Source: Clostridiales bacterium UBA2432 (GTDB lineage Bacteria; Bacillota; Clostridia; Lachnospirales; Vallitaleaceae). From it: a stretch of 64,000 bases of DNA. Numbering within the stretch: the first letter of the stretch is position 1; the number at the start of each line of letters is the position of its first letter. Location of the stretch: NCBI GenBank assembly GCA_002342805.1, contig DDQW01000074.1:15906-79905 (forward strand), read 5' to 3'. Of the stretch, positions 32,856 through 42,822 are shown one piece after another. Made by a program: the position numbers and the translations under genes. The notes below the pieces were generated by a model, which saw nothing but the letters and a program-made list of their open reading frames with translations, was not told the DNA's origin and made no database searches.

Positions 32856-33760
32856 CAAAAATTTTACTGTTTTTTAAAGGACTCTTTATGGGAGCAGCAG
32901 ATATCATACCTGGTGTTTCCGGAGGGAGTATTGCCTTAATTACCGGCATTTATGAAGAATTTTTAGATGCCATTCATTCGGTTAATATGGATGTATTAAA
33001 AGATATTTTTGCTGGAAGGATTGCTCAAGGCATCCGTCGGATTCATTGGAACTTTATTCTACCCTTATTTTTGGGTATTTTAACTGCGATTTTCACGATG
33101 GCTAAACTGATGCATTATGTATTAGAGACATATGAATTATATACATGGAGTCTCTTTTTTGGACTGATTCTTGCAAGTGCATTTGTCATTGGGAAACAAT
33201 GGGAAATGAAAAAAACCCGTTTAATCACTTTTATCGTTGGAGCAATCTCATCCTTTATTATCGTTGGACTAGTACCGATAGAGACACCGGAAGATTTATG
33301 GTTTATCTTTTTTGCAGGTGTTATTGCCATTAGTGCGATGATTTTACCGGGAATATCTGGAGCTTTTTTGTTATTAATCATGGGAAAATACCATTATATT
33401 ACCGGCATACTTAAAGATCCTTTTCATTTAAATAGTATTCTGATTTTAATGGTGTTTGGACTTGGATGCCTTGTTGGAATTATGGGATTTTCAAGAATTT
33501 TACGGAGAATTCTTCATCGATGGCATAAAGGAACACTAGCTTTTTTGACAGGAATGATGCTTGGCAGTCTTCGAAGAATATGGCCTTATAAGGTGATTAT
33601 AGAACAAGAGTTTATTGGAGACAAGGCAATTATTCTCAAAGAAGTAGCTGTATTACCCTGGAAAATCGAAGGGAATTATATTCTAAGCTTTGTTTTTATT
33701 CTTCTTGGAATGGTCCTTATATTGATTCTAGATAAGTTCTCAAAGAATAAACTGGGTTAA
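32852..33760 (+). CDS. DUF368 membrane protein (putative undecaprenyl-phosphate transporter)
   Basis: GAADIIPGVSGGSIA and AMILPGISG repeated motifs; ATGA overlap with the HAD gene. Confidence 0.9.
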   Translation: MTKILLFFKGLFMGAADIIPGVSGGSIALITGIYEEFLDAIHSVNMDVLKDIFAGRIAQGIRRIHWNFILPLFLGILTAIFTMAKLMHYVLETYELYTWSLFFGLILASAFVIGKQWEMKKTRLITFIVGAISSFIIVGLVPIETPEDLWFIFFAGVIAISAMILPGISGAFLLLIMGKYHYITGILKDPFHLNSILILMVFGLGCLVGIMGFSRILRRILHRWHKGTLAFLTGMMLGSLRRIWPYKVIIEQEFIGDKAIILKEVAVLPWKIEGNYILSFVFILLGMVLILILDKFSKNKLG

Positions 33761-33763
33761 CGG

Positions 33764-33792
33764 TTGATAAAAACTGTCTTCGGGTGTATAAT
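33764..33792 (+). promoter_or_regulatory. Sigma-A promoter of 6S RNA
   Basis: TTGATA-17 bp-TATAAT. Confidence 0.8.
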
Positions 33793-33799
33793 AAGCATA

Positions 33800-33980
33800 T
33801 AAAAGATACCTGAGATGTTCGATACTCTCGATATTTTGAACCTACATATTGAATACGGGAATCTTATATTTTATCATGGATGTCATGCCTTAAGTGGACG
33901 GCAAAAGTGGTAGTGCGGATACCCACCTAGCCATGCTAGGGATCAAAATTCGAGAAACGGCATTTTGGGTTGTTAATGAT
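33800..33980 (+). ncRNA. ssrS: 6S RNA
   Basis: About 180-nt non-coding rod: CCTGAGATG/CATTTTGGG, CTCGA/TCGAG and TTTTGAACCT/AGGGATCAAAA pairings; ACCCACCT motif typical of Firmicute 6S; own promoter and terminator; ends approximate. Confidence 0.85.
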
Positions 33981-33988
33981 GAATAATG

Positions 33989-34022
33989 AAAAAGAGGCTT
34001 GATAGTTAAGCCTCTTTTTTTT
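33989..34022. terminator. Bidirectional terminator shared by 6S RNA and aroA
   Basis: AAAAAGAGGCTT-GATAGTT-AAGCCTCTTTTTTT. Confidence 0.85.
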
Positions 34023-35301
34023 ATTCACATAGTTGTTGAATATCATCAAAAAATTTGGGGTAAGAGATATCAATACATTGGCTTCCATGTAGTGTTGAAG
34101 GGCCGTAAGCGGCAAGAGCAGCAATTGATAAACTCATGGCAATTCGATGATCATGATAGCTCTTTAATGAAGCCCCGGAAAGTCGATGTGTACCTTCAAT
34201 AATCATGCCATCGTCTGTTGCTTCAATAGAAGCTTGCATTTTTTTTAGTTCAGTAACCATTGTGTCAATACGATTACTTTCCTTGACTTTGAGCTCTGCG
34301 GCATCTTTAATAATCGTCGTCCCTTCAGCAAAACATGCTGCAACAGCAATGGCGGGAATTTCATCTATGAGGGTGGGAATAATATCTCCACAAATTGTTG
34401 TTGCCGTCAAGCGACTTGATCGAATACGAATGTCTGCGCGTTTTTCCTCATTGATTGTGCGTTCGTTAATGTATTCAATAGAGCCATTCATATCTTTTAA
34501 CACACGGATAATACCATCTCGAGTTGGATTAATACCTACATTTGTTAATAGAATATCGCTATTGGGTATAATTAATCCGGCAACAAGAAAGTAGGCTGCA
34601 GAACTAATATCTCCGGGAATATCGATAGTTGTCGCCTCTAATATTGGATTTGGTTGGATAGTGACTTGGGCATTTTCCGAGTATATATCTGCACCTAAGG
34701 ATTTTAGCATAAGTTCACTATGATTTCTAGATAGACAAGGCTCAATAATTGTTGAGGCGCTATTTGCATATAGTGTTGCTAAAAGAACACAGGATTTAAC
34801 TTGAGCACTTGCGACTTTTGAATGATAGGTAATGCCTGTTAGTTGACTTGGTTCAATCACTAGAGGGGCCAAACCGTTTTCGTTTTTGGATCTTATGTTT
34901 GCACCCATCGCTTGAAGTGGATCAATAACGCGATTCATGGGTCGTGTCTGAATAGATGCATCTCCGGTTAAGGTGCTTGAAAAGTTTTGGCCGGCAAGAA
35001 TGCCAGAAAGCAATCGCATGGTTGTTCCGCTATTACCTACATCGAGAATAGTTGTCGGAGGTACAAGTCCATGTAGTCCAAGTCCATCTAGAGTAAACGT
35101 TGTATCATTCATGAAATTTATTGTTACACCCATTTGCTGAAATATATGTGCCGTTGATAGACAATCAGCACCGTTGAGAAATCCGGTAACCTGTGTTGTC
35201 CCTTTAGCTAAAGAACCAAACATAATAGAACGGTGAGAGATAGATTTATCTCCCGGAACATTCACGGTACCGCTTAATTTAGATACTGGATTAAGTTGCA
35301 T
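34021..35301 (-). CDS. aroA: 3-phosphoshikimate 1-carboxyvinyltransferase (EPSP synthase)
   Basis: PGDKSISHR, GNSGTTMRL, SAQVKS, ELKVKESNR, DHRIAM; alternative GTG start at 35310. Confidence 0.98.
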   Translation of the reverse strand: MQLNPVSKLSGTVNVPGDKSISHRSIMFGSLAKGTTQVTGFLNGADCLSTAHIFQQMGVTINFMNDTTFTLDGLGLHGLVPPTTILDVGNSGTTMRLLSGILAGQNFSSTLTGDASIQTRPMNRVIDPLQAMGANIRSKNENGLAPLVIEPSQLTGITYHSKVASAQVKSCVLLATLYANSASTIIEPCLSRNHSELMLKSLGADIYSENAQVTIQPNPILEATTIDIPGDISSAAYFLVAGLIIPNSDILLTNVGINPTRDGIIRVLKDMNGSIEYINERTINEEKRADIRIRSSRLTATTICGDIIPTLIDEIPAIAVAACFAEGTTIIKDAAELKVKESNRIDTMVTELKKMQASIEATDDGMIIEGTHRLSGASLKSYHDHRIAMSLSIAALAAYGPSTLHGSQCIDISYPKFFDDIQQLCE

Positions 35302-35311
35302 AAGATTCACC

Positions 35312-36403
35312 TTAACTTTCTATTATTTTATAATTGGCATTTTCAATAACATGAATGGCCTCATTTAAACTGGACTCATCATAGAAGAGGATTTCGAGCA
35401 CACCTCCGAAATCTTCCCGATTGTTATTGATACCTATATTTTTTATGCTTATTTCTTTTTTGCTCAGACGAGTCGCAATATCTGCGATAACTCCTGTTTC
35501 ATCATTAATATCAACAAAAAGAGCAAGAGATTTATCAATACTGCCTCGAGCCTTGTTTTGGAAGGTGTTTCGAAAACGTTTAGATTGATCAAAAAAATCA
35601 TAGATATAAGTACTGTTTTGGGCCATCACTTGTTCACGAATGTTTGTAAGTTGTTTCATATAATAATCTAGGATCTGTGTAATGGCATCTTGGTTGGCAA
35701 CACATATCTGTTGCCACATCTCCGGTGAAGAAGAAGCGATTCGTGTAAAGTCTTTAAAACCTCCAGCGGCTAATGTATACATTTCTTTTTCAGCTGAATC
35801 AAGAGATTCCACCATGTTCACAAGCGATGATGCTAATATATGAGGGACATGACTAATCGCAGCGACAATAAAGTCGTGTCGTTTTGGGTCAAGTATCGTT
35901 GGGATGGCATGTATTGATGTTGCGAGTTGAGCCATTTGTTCGATATATTGCGTTGGTGTAGAAGGTTGTGGGGTTAATACATAATATGCATTTTCGAATA
36001 ATTCTGCTTTTGTTGCATCAAAACCGGATTGTTCTGAACCTGCCATTGGATGACCGCCAATAAAATAGCCCTTAAAATCATAGGTGGATAATGCCGAATA
36101 GATATCATTTTTTGTGCTACCGACATCACTAATAACAACATTGTCCTTTAGAAAAGGTTGTATTGCTTCAAAGAGTTGAATGTTAATATTTACCGGACAA
36201 CATAATACGATAAGATCACAGTCATTTAATTCTTTCCAGTCGTGGACGGCAATATCAATGGCGCCGCTATCTAAAGCTTGAGACAATGCCTCTTGATTCC
36301 GATTATAACCATAAAGAGTAGCAGGGTAATTATATTTTTTTAAAGCGCGTGCGAGGGAACCGCCAATTAATCCTAATCCTAATATCCCGATTTTTGAAAA
36401 CAT
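35312..36403 (-). CDS. tyrA: Prephenate dehydrogenase with C-terminal ACT domain
   Basis: GLGLIGGS, DVGSTK, GHPMAGSE, ISHVPH, RIASSSPEMW; RBS gaaagga before ATG 36403. Confidence 0.95.
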   Translation of the reverse strand: MFSKIGILGLGLIGGSLARALKKYNYPATLYGYNRNQEALSQALDSGAIDIAVHDWKELNDCDLIVLCCPVNINIQLFEAIQPFLKDNVVISDVGSTKNDIYSALSTYDFKGYFIGGHPMAGSEQSGFDATKAELFENAYYVLTPQPSTPTQYIEQMAQLATSIHAIPTILDPKRHDFIVAAISHVPHILASSLVNMVESLDSAEKEMYTLAAGGFKDFTRIASSSPEMWQQICVANQDAITQILDYYMKQLTNIREQVMAQNSTYIYDFFDQSKRFRNTFQNKARGSIDKSLALFVDINDETGVIADIATRLSKKEISIKNIGINNNREDFGGVLEILFYDESSLNEAIHVIENANYKIIES

Positions 36404-36451
36404 AATAATCCTTTCATTTTGTGTCATTGCGTTATGCTTAACATTAATCCT

Positions 36452-36480
36452 ATATTACATTTTTTTATAAGGCAAGTCAA
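36452..36480 (-). promoter_or_regulatory. Sigma-A promoter of tyrA-aroA
   Basis: Minus strand TTGACT-17 bp-TAATAT. Confidence 0.65.
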
Positions 36481-36531
36481 CAATTTCGTGTGGTAAAGTG
36501 AAAATCAGAATATTTTGACTATTATATAAAA

Positions 36532-36560
36532 GAAGGAATTCTATTCATTATGTAGAATAT
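36532..36560 (+). promoter_or_regulatory. Sigma-H-type promoter of the EF-G paralog
   Basis: GAAGGAATT-11 bp-GTAGAATAT fully matches RNAGGAWWW-N11-12-RNNGAATWW. Confidence 0.6.
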
Positions 36561-36649
36561 TAAGAGTATTACCGAGAAATTTTGTTAAAAATCAACGAAA
36601 CACAATGCACAGTAATTTGTTCAAAAATCTTACGAATGGGGGAATCCTT

Positions 36650-38731
36650 ATGAAAATTTATTCATCCGAACAAATCCGTAACATTGTCCTTTTGGGACAT
36701 GGTGGAGCAGGTAAGACGACACTTGCTGAAGCCATGGCCCGTGTAGCAAATGTAACAAAGCGACAAGGTAAAGTAACTGATGGTAATACCATTAGTGATT
36801 TTGACAAAGAAGAGATTAAACGAGGTTTTTCAATCAACACGTCATGTATTCCACTCGAATGGGAAGACTGCAAAATAAATATTCTTGATACTCCGGGATA
36901 TTTTGATTTTGTCGGAGAAGCAAAGGAAGCGACTCGGGTTGCCGACAGCGCTATTATTGTTGTGTCTGGAAGATCTGGAACAGAAGTTGGAACGGAGATT
37001 GCATGGGAACATGCAGATGAGATGGAAATCCCAAGAATGATCTTTGTCACCGATATGGATGATGACAAAGCAGATCTACACAAAATACTTGAACAGCTTC
37101 AAACATCTTTTGGAAAATGCATTGCGCCCTTTCAAGTTCCGATACGAGAAGGAGAGCACTTCGTCGGATTTGTAAATATTATTAAAATGGAAGGCCGTAA
37201 GTTTGTAAAAGATCATGTCGAATCCTGTGAAATACCGGAAGAATTAATGGCTGAAATTGAACCGGTACGTGAGATGATACTTGAAGCAGTTGCCGAGAGT
37301 GACGAAGAGTTAATGGAAAAATATTTTGCAGGTGAAGAGTTTACATTAGAAGAAATTCAGTCAGCCCTTCATAATGGCGTTGTTGACGGATCCATTGTAC
37401 CTGTTTTATGTGGCTCTGGAATGAATACCACAGGAGTAGGCGTATTAATGTCTTCAATTAATAAGTATATGCCTGCGCCAAAAGAAGAACATACGGAAGT
37501 TCTTGGTGTGAATCCGGATAATGAAGAAGAAGAGATTCATGTTATCTGTGAAAAAGATCAGCCAGCATCGGCGCTTGTTTTTAAAACAATTATTGACCCA
37601 TATATTGGAAAAGTGTCATTGTTTAGAGTATACTCAGGAATTATTCGTAAAGATGATAGCTTATTAAATGCAAATACGGATGAAACTGAAAAAATCCCCC
37701 ATATTTATATATTAAGAGGAAAAGAACAAATTGAAGTGGATGAAATTCACGCAGGTGATATTGGAGCCTTTGCAAAGCTGAATAACGTAAGCACCGGAGA
37801 TACACTTTGTGATTCAAATCGCCCGGTAAGATTACCCGGAATCACTTTTCCGGAATCTCTCGCTTATCGTGCAATTGTTCCAAAAACCAAAGGTGATGAA
37901 GATAAAATAGCATCCGGGTTACATCGTTTAATGGAAGAAGATCCAACCATTAAGGTGGTTATGGACACGGAAAATCATCAAGAGTTATTGTATGGTGTCG
38001 GTGGACAACACCTTGAGATTATTACAAGTCGATTAGAAGAAAAGTTTAAAGTGTCTGTGGACTTACTAAAACCCAAGATTCCATATCGTGAAACAATCAA
38101 AGCGAAAGTTTCTGTTCGAGGTAGACATAAGAAACAATCCGGTGGTCATGGTCAATATGGTGATGTTGTCATTGAATTTGAACCATCTGGTGATTTAGAG
38201 ACGCCATTTGTTTTTGAAGAAAAAATATTTGGTGGATCCGTACCAAGAAACTATTTTCCTGCTGTAGAAAAAGGGTTACAAGATTCTGTTGGTAAAGGTG
38301 TGTTAGCTGGATATCCTTTCGTAGGACTTAAAGCAACATTAGTCGATGGATCTTACCATCCAGTTGATTCGTCCGAAATGGCATTTAAGATTGCAACGCA
38401 AAATGCCTACAAAGAGGGGATTGCAAAAGCAAATCCAACACTACTTGAACCGATTGCATCTGTTAAAGTACTCATTCCAGATGATTATATGGGAGATATC
38501 ATGGGAGATTTAACAAAACGCCGTGGTAGAGTGCTTGGAATGAATCCGGTCAAAGGTAAGCAAGAGATTGAAGCAGAAGTACCGATGGGAGAAATGTATG
38601 GATATTCAACAGACCTTCGTTCTCTGACTCAAGGTCGAGGGGTATTTACATTAGCCTTTAATCGATATGAAGAAGCACCAAGAGAAGTTCAGGAAAAAGT
38701 CATAGCTGAACGTGAAAATGATGAGGAGTAA
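36650..38731 (+). CDS. Elongation factor G paralog (EF-G2-like), outside the str operon
   Basis: GHGGAGKTT, DTPGYFDF, KKQSGGHGQYG, DGSYHPVDSSEMAF; EF-G-length protein. Confidence 0.92.
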   Translation: MKIYSSEQIRNIVLLGHGGAGKTTLAEAMARVANVTKRQGKVTDGNTISDFDKEEIKRGFSINTSCIPLEWEDCKINILDTPGYFDFVGEAKEATRVADSAIIVVSGRSGTEVGTEIAWEHADEMEIPRMIFVTDMDDDKADLHKILEQLQTSFGKCIAPFQVPIREGEHFVGFVNIIKMEGRKFVKDHVESCEIPEELMAEIEPVREMILEAVAESDEELMEKYFAGEEFTLEEIQSALHNGVVDGSIVPVLCGSGMNTTGVGVLMSSINKYMPAPKEEHTEVLGVNPDNEEEEIHVICEKDQPASALVFKTIIDPYIGKVSLFRVYSGIIRKDDSLLNANTDETEKIPHIYILRGKEQIEVDEIHAGDIGAFAKLNNVSTGDTLCDSNRPVRLPGITFPESLAYRAIVPKTKGDEDKIASGLHRLMEEDPTIKVVMDTENHQELLYGVGGQHLEIITSRLEEKFKVSVDLLKPKIPYRETIKAKVSVRGRHKKQSGGHGQYGDVVIEFEPSGDLETPFVFEEKIFGGSVPRNYFPAVEKGLQDSVGKGVLAGYPFVGLKATLVDGSYHPVDSSEMAFKIATQNAYKEGIAKANPTLLEPIASVKVLIPDDYMGDIMGDLTKRRGRVLGMNPVKGKQEIEAEVPMGEMYGYSTDLRSLTQGRGVFTLAFNRYEEAPREVQEKVIAERENDEE

Positions 38732-38744
38732 CCTGTTTTAATTA

Positions 38745-38778
38745 TGTGGGCTGTTTAGTATATGCTAAGCAGCCCACA
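38745..38778 (+). other. Strong hairpin after the EF-G paralog (no clear U-tract)
   Basis: TGTGGGCTGTTTAGTA-TA-TGCTAAGCAGCCCACA. Confidence 0.55.
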
Positions 38779-38813
38779 AAGTATGGGATGAAAGGTATGA
38801 GGAAGAGAGGATT

Positions 38814-40043
38814 ATGATGAAGCTAACGAAAACTGAAAAAAGTTGGATTATGTATGACTGTGGTAACTCAGCGTATTCCTTAGCAATTACAACGGCCTTG
38901 TTTCCGGTATATTTTGGTATGATGAAGCGTGGTAGTAGTATGGATTTAGGATATTTTAATACATTAGCAAGTATAATTGTGGCAATTTTAAGTCCGATTC
39001 TCGGAACGATTGCAGACTATAAGGACGTCAAGAAAAGATTCTTCACCTTTTTCGCTTTACTAGGAATTTGTGTTACGGGCTTAATGGCAGTCATACCTGA
39101 CGGGCAATGGTTTGTTCTTGCAATTGCTTATGTGCTTACGTCGATAGGGTTTGCAGGTGCCAATGTTTTTTATGATTCTTTTTTAGTCGATGTGACAAAC
39201 GATGAACGGATGGATCGGATTTCATCTCAGGGATTTGCCTATGGCTATATAGCAAGCGTTATTCCCTTTGTTTTAACCTTACTTGCTGTGTTTGTTCTTG
39301 GCATGGATAAGCAAATTGGCTACCAACTTGGTTTTATCATCACAGCACTTTGGTGGGGACTATTTACATTACCACTGATTAAAAATGTATCTCAAGTACA
39401 TTTTATTGAACCTGAAAAAAATCCGGTTCAAAAAAGTTTTAAACGTTTGTTTTTAACCTTTAAAAATATTCAACATTATAAAGTGGTCGTAAGCTTTTTG
39501 ATTGCGTATTTTCTATATATTGATGGCGTCGATACCATCATAAAAATGGCAGTTCCTTATGCACAATCAACCTTAGGCTTAAGCTCGTCGGATACTTTTA
39601 TGCTCTTAGGTATTTTGCTTATTATCAACATCATTGCTTTCCCTTTTGCTTTATTATATGGAATATTAGCAAAACGCTTTACGGCAAAGAAGATGATTGT
39701 CGTTGCGATACTGACGTATATAGGAACAACAATTTTTGCATATTTAATGACAGAACTTTGGCATGTGTTTATTCTTGGTGGACTTATTGGTTCGGCTCAA
39801 GGCGGAATTCAAGCACTCAGTCGTTCCTATTATGCAAAAATTATTCCAAAGAATAAATCCAATGAATTCTTTGGCTTTTACAATATCTTCGGAAAATTTG
39901 CGGCTATTGTCGGGCCCTTTATAATGGCTTTTACGACGACGATAACAGGAAATGCAAGATATTCCATTCTTTCAATTGTCCCATTATTTGTTATTGGGCT
40001 TGCGGTGTTCTTGCGATTGCCTTCAGAACCGGAGAAATTATAA
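38814..40043 (+). CDS. MFS transporter (UMF1/YxiO-like)
   Basis: SWIMYDCGNSAY, about 12 TMs, GGIQALSRS, FFGFYNIFGK. Confidence 0.88.
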   Translation: MMKLTKTEKSWIMYDCGNSAYSLAITTALFPVYFGMMKRGSSMDLGYFNTLASIIVAILSPILGTIADYKDVKKRFFTFFALLGICVTGLMAVIPDGQWFVLAIAYVLTSIGFAGANVFYDSFLVDVTNDERMDRISSQGFAYGYIASVIPFVLTLLAVFVLGMDKQIGYQLGFIITALWWGLFTLPLIKNVSQVHFIEPEKNPVQKSFKRLFLTFKNIQHYKVVVSFLIAYFLYIDGVDTIIKMAVPYAQSTLGLSSSDTFMLLGILLIINIIAFPFALLYGILAKRFTAKKMIVVAILTYIGTTIFAYLMTELWHVFILGGLIGSAQGGIQALSRSYYAKIIPKNKSNEFFGFYNIFGKFAAIVGPFIMAFTTTITGNARYSILSIVPLFVIGLAVFLRLPSEPEKL

Positions 40044-40121
40044 AAGGATAGATAATCTAGTAGGAATTATATAGAAATTTAAAAAATCCATGATATAATA
40101 CCTTAAGAAGGAGTGATTAAA

Positions 40122-40565
40122 ATGCCAAGACCGATTAAATGTCGTAAAATTAGTTATGTTCCGCAAAGCAAGTTTTTTAAACCGGAAGAAGTAGATATCG
40201 TGGATGAATATAATTTGAAATTGGAAGAACTTGAAGCCATGCGACTTAAAGATATTGAAAAAATGTCTCAGGAAGAAGCGGCTGCCATGATGCAAATATC
40301 ACGCCAAACATTTCAAAATATCATAGATAGTGCCAGAAATAAGGTTGTATCAGCCCTTGTAGAAGGAAAAGCCATTCGTATTGGTGGCGGTAACTACAAA
40401 ATAATGGAATGTAAAATTGAGTGTCATCATTGTGGCAAAGAATATATGTTAGAAAACATCAAGGATCGACATTCTTGTCCTGTATGTCATTCCCAAGATG
40501 TCTATTGTCATTCCAAGCAAAAAAGATGTCACGCTGAATGTAGGGTAAAACGAGCAAATATATAA
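40122..40565 (+). CDS. DUF134 HTH protein with C-terminal Cys-rich zinc ribbon
   Basis: MPRPIKCRKI, EELEAMRLKD, SQEEAAAMMQISRQTF, CHHC and CPVC. Confidence 0.88.
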   Translation: MPRPIKCRKISYVPQSKFFKPEEVDIVDEYNLKLEELEAMRLKDIEKMSQEEAAAMMQISRQTFQNIIDSARNKVVSALVEGKAIRIGGGNYKIMECKIECHHCGKEYMLENIKDRHSCPVCHSQDVYCHSKQKRCHAECRVKRANI

Positions 40566-40625
40566 AGCACTGGTAAAGAGTAGTTTTATGCTACTTTTTT
40601 TTTTGTTTTTTTCGTGGGAAGATTC

Positions 40626-40654
40626 TTGACAGATTGTTAAAAAGGTGATAATCT
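40626..40654 (+). promoter_or_regulatory. Sigma-A promoter of the isc operon
   Basis: TTGACA-17 bp-TAATCT with TGn extension. Confidence 0.6.
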
Positions 40655-40665
40655 ATCCTTAGCTT

Positions 40666-40690
40666 AAATCCTAGTCATTTAGTAGGGATT
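40666..40690 (+). promoter_or_regulatory. Probable IscR/Rrf2 operator
   Basis: Imperfect palindrome AAATCCTAGTCATTTAGTAGGGATT between promoter and RBS of the Rrf2 gene. Confidence 0.6.
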
Positions 40691-40703
40691 AAGGAGGTGT
40701 GTT

Positions 40704-41147
40704 ATGAGATTGTCAACAAAAGGTCGATATGGACTTCGAGCAATGCTGGATTTAGCTTTGAATTCAACCGACGATGTTGTATCAATTAAGAGTATTTCTG
40801 AACGCCAGAGTATTTCAGAAAATTATTTAGAACAAATTATTTCAACACTTAAAAAAGCCAAATTTGTTAAAAGTACACGTGGGGCTAAAGGTGGATATGC
40901 CTTAAATTTGGACCCTAAAGATATATCCGTTGGTGATATTCTTCGCGCTTTAGAAGGTGATCTTAATCCGGTGGATTGTGTGGCTGTTAATGAAGATAAA
41001 GCGTGTGATGAATCTGAGATGTGTGTGACCAAATATGTCTGGAAAAAGATTAGTGAAAGTATTAATGATGTTGTTGATCATATTACATTAGAGGATTTAA
41101 TTAAGGAACAGCATAAAATTGACGAACTATTAAATGAAGAGGTGTAA
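40704..41147 (+). CDS. iscR: Rrf2-family regulator, IscR-like
   Basis: MRLSTKGRYGLRAM, STRGAKGGY; three C-terminal Cys; heads iscS-iscU. Confidence 0.85.
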   Translation: MRLSTKGRYGLRAMLDLALNSTDDVVSIKSISERQSISENYLEQIISTLKKAKFVKSTRGAKGGYALNLDPKDISVGDILRALEGDLNPVDCVAVNEDKACDESEMCVTKYVWKKISESINDVVDHITLEDLIKEQHKIDELLNEEV

Positions 41148-41149
41148 AG

Positions 41150-42361
41150 ATGGAGAAAAAAATATACTTAGACCATGCAGCAACAACATCAACAAGGCCT
41201 TCTGTAGTTGATGCAATGTTACCTTATTTTACAGAAGAATTCGGCAATCCTTCAAGTATTTATGAATTTGCTCAAAATGCTAAACAAGCCATTGATGAGA
41301 GTCGACAAATCATAGCAGATGCAATTCATGCAGAAGCGGCAGAAGTTTTTTTTGTATCAGGTGGGACAGAAGCCGATAACTGGGCGATCTCCAGTGTAGT
41401 TGAGAATTATGCAAAAAAAGGTAATCATATTATTACAACAAAGATGGAACATCATGCAGTATTACATACCTGTGAATACTTGGAGAAAAAAGGGTGTGAA
41501 GTGACTTATTTAGATGTTGATGCAGATGGTTTGATTTCACTCGATGATTTAGAAAAAGCGATTAAAGAAAATACGGTGTTAATTACCATCATGTTTGCCA
41601 ACAATGAAATAGGAACGATTCAACCCATCAAAGAAATTGGTGCGATTGCTAAGAAACATAAGGTGCTTTTTCATACTGACGCAGTTCAAGCCTTTACCCA
41701 TGTTCCGATTGATGTTAGTGATATGAACATTGACTTAATGTCGATGAGTGGTCATAAAATATATGGCCCAAAAGGTGTTGGAGCATTGTATATCCGTAAA
41801 GGTGTTCGTATGAAGGCTTTTATTCATGGCGGAGCCCAAGAACGACGCCGACGTGGAGGAACAGAGAATGTACCAGCCATTGTTGGATTTGGAAAAGCAG
41901 TAGAAGAAGCGATGGCCTTGATGAAATCGGAAGTTGTTCGAGAAGTTGAACTTCGTGATTATTTTATAAAAAAAGTATTAGAGACAGTACCCTATGTAAA
42001 GTTAAATGGACATCCAATAAAGCGTTTGCCGAACAATGTAAACCTTAGCTTTGAATTCATTGAAGGTGAGTCTTTACTCATTATGTTAGATATGAAAAAT
42101 GTCTGTGCTTCTTCCGGATCTGCATGTACATCCGGTTCGCTAGACCCGTCACATGTCCTTTTAGCCATTGGATTACCCCATGAGATTGCCCATGGTTCAT
42201 TACGAATTACACTGGGTGAAAAAACAAGTCGCGAAGAGTTAGATTACGTTGCTGATGCCTTGGTAACGATTGTAAAACGATTAAGAGATATGTCACCCGT
42301 ATATGAAGATTATATGCAAAAGAAGATAGAATCTGTTATTGAAACTCAATACAAAAATTAG
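41150..42361 (+). CDS. iscS: Cysteine desulfurase NifS/IscS
   Basis: YLDHAATT, HTDAVQ, SGHKIYGPKG, SSGSACTSGS. Confidence 0.96.
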   Translation: MEKKIYLDHAATTSTRPSVVDAMLPYFTEEFGNPSSIYEFAQNAKQAIDESRQIIADAIHAEAAEVFFVSGGTEADNWAISSVVENYAKKGNHIITTKMEHHAVLHTCEYLEKKGCEVTYLDVDADGLISLDDLEKAIKENTVLITIMFANNEIGTIQPIKEIGAIAKKHKVLFHTDAVQAFTHVPIDVSDMNIDLMSMSGHKIYGPKGVGALYIRKGVRMKAFIHGGAQERRRRGGTENVPAIVGFGKAVEEAMALMKSEVVREVELRDYFIKKVLETVPYVKLNGHPIKRLPNNVNLSFEFIEGESLLIMLDMKNVCASSGSACTSGSLDPSHVLLAIGLPHEIAHGSLRITLGEKTSREELDYVADALVTIVKRLRDMSPVYEDYMQKKIESVIETQYKN

Positions 42362-42375
42362 AAAGGGACGATTTT

Positions 42376-42822
42376 ATGTATACAAAAAAAGTTATGGACC
42401 ATTTTACAAATCCTAGAAATATGGGAGAAATCGATCATGCAGATGGCGTTGGTACCGTTGGAAATGCAAAATGTGGCGACATTATGCGTATCTATTTAAA
42501 AGTTGAAGATGATATCATTAAAGATGTCAAATTTAAAACCTTTGGTTGTGGTGCGGCAGTGGCAACAAGTAGTATTGCAACAGAGTTAGTTATGGGAAAA
42601 ACGATTGAAGAGGCTCTAAAAATAACAAATGATGCTGTTGTAGAAGCCTTAGATGGACTTCCTAAAGCAAAAGTGCACTGTTCGCTATTAGCAGAAGAAG
42701 CTTTGCATGCAGCTATTTGGGATTATGCACAAAAAAACAATATTCAAATCGAAGGATTAGAACCACCGGAAGACACAGAAGATTATGACCACCATGTAGA
42801 AGAGGAAGATGAATTTGAATAA
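42376..42822 (+). CDS. iscU: Fe-S cluster scaffold NifU/IscU
   Basis: [22 protein letters not shown]. Confidence 0.95.
   Translation: MYTKKVMDHFTNPRNMGEIDHADGVGTVGNAKCGDIMRIYLKVEDDIIKDVKFKTFGCGAAVATSSIATELVMGKTIEEALKITNDAVVEALDGLPKAKVHCSLLAEEALHAAIWDYAQKNNIQIEGLEPPEDTEDYDHHVEEEDEFE

Noticed and set aside
33936-34202. Short ORFs 33936-34124 (-) and 33999-34202 (+)
   Set aside because: They overlap the 6S RNA end, terminator and aroA; no coding signals.
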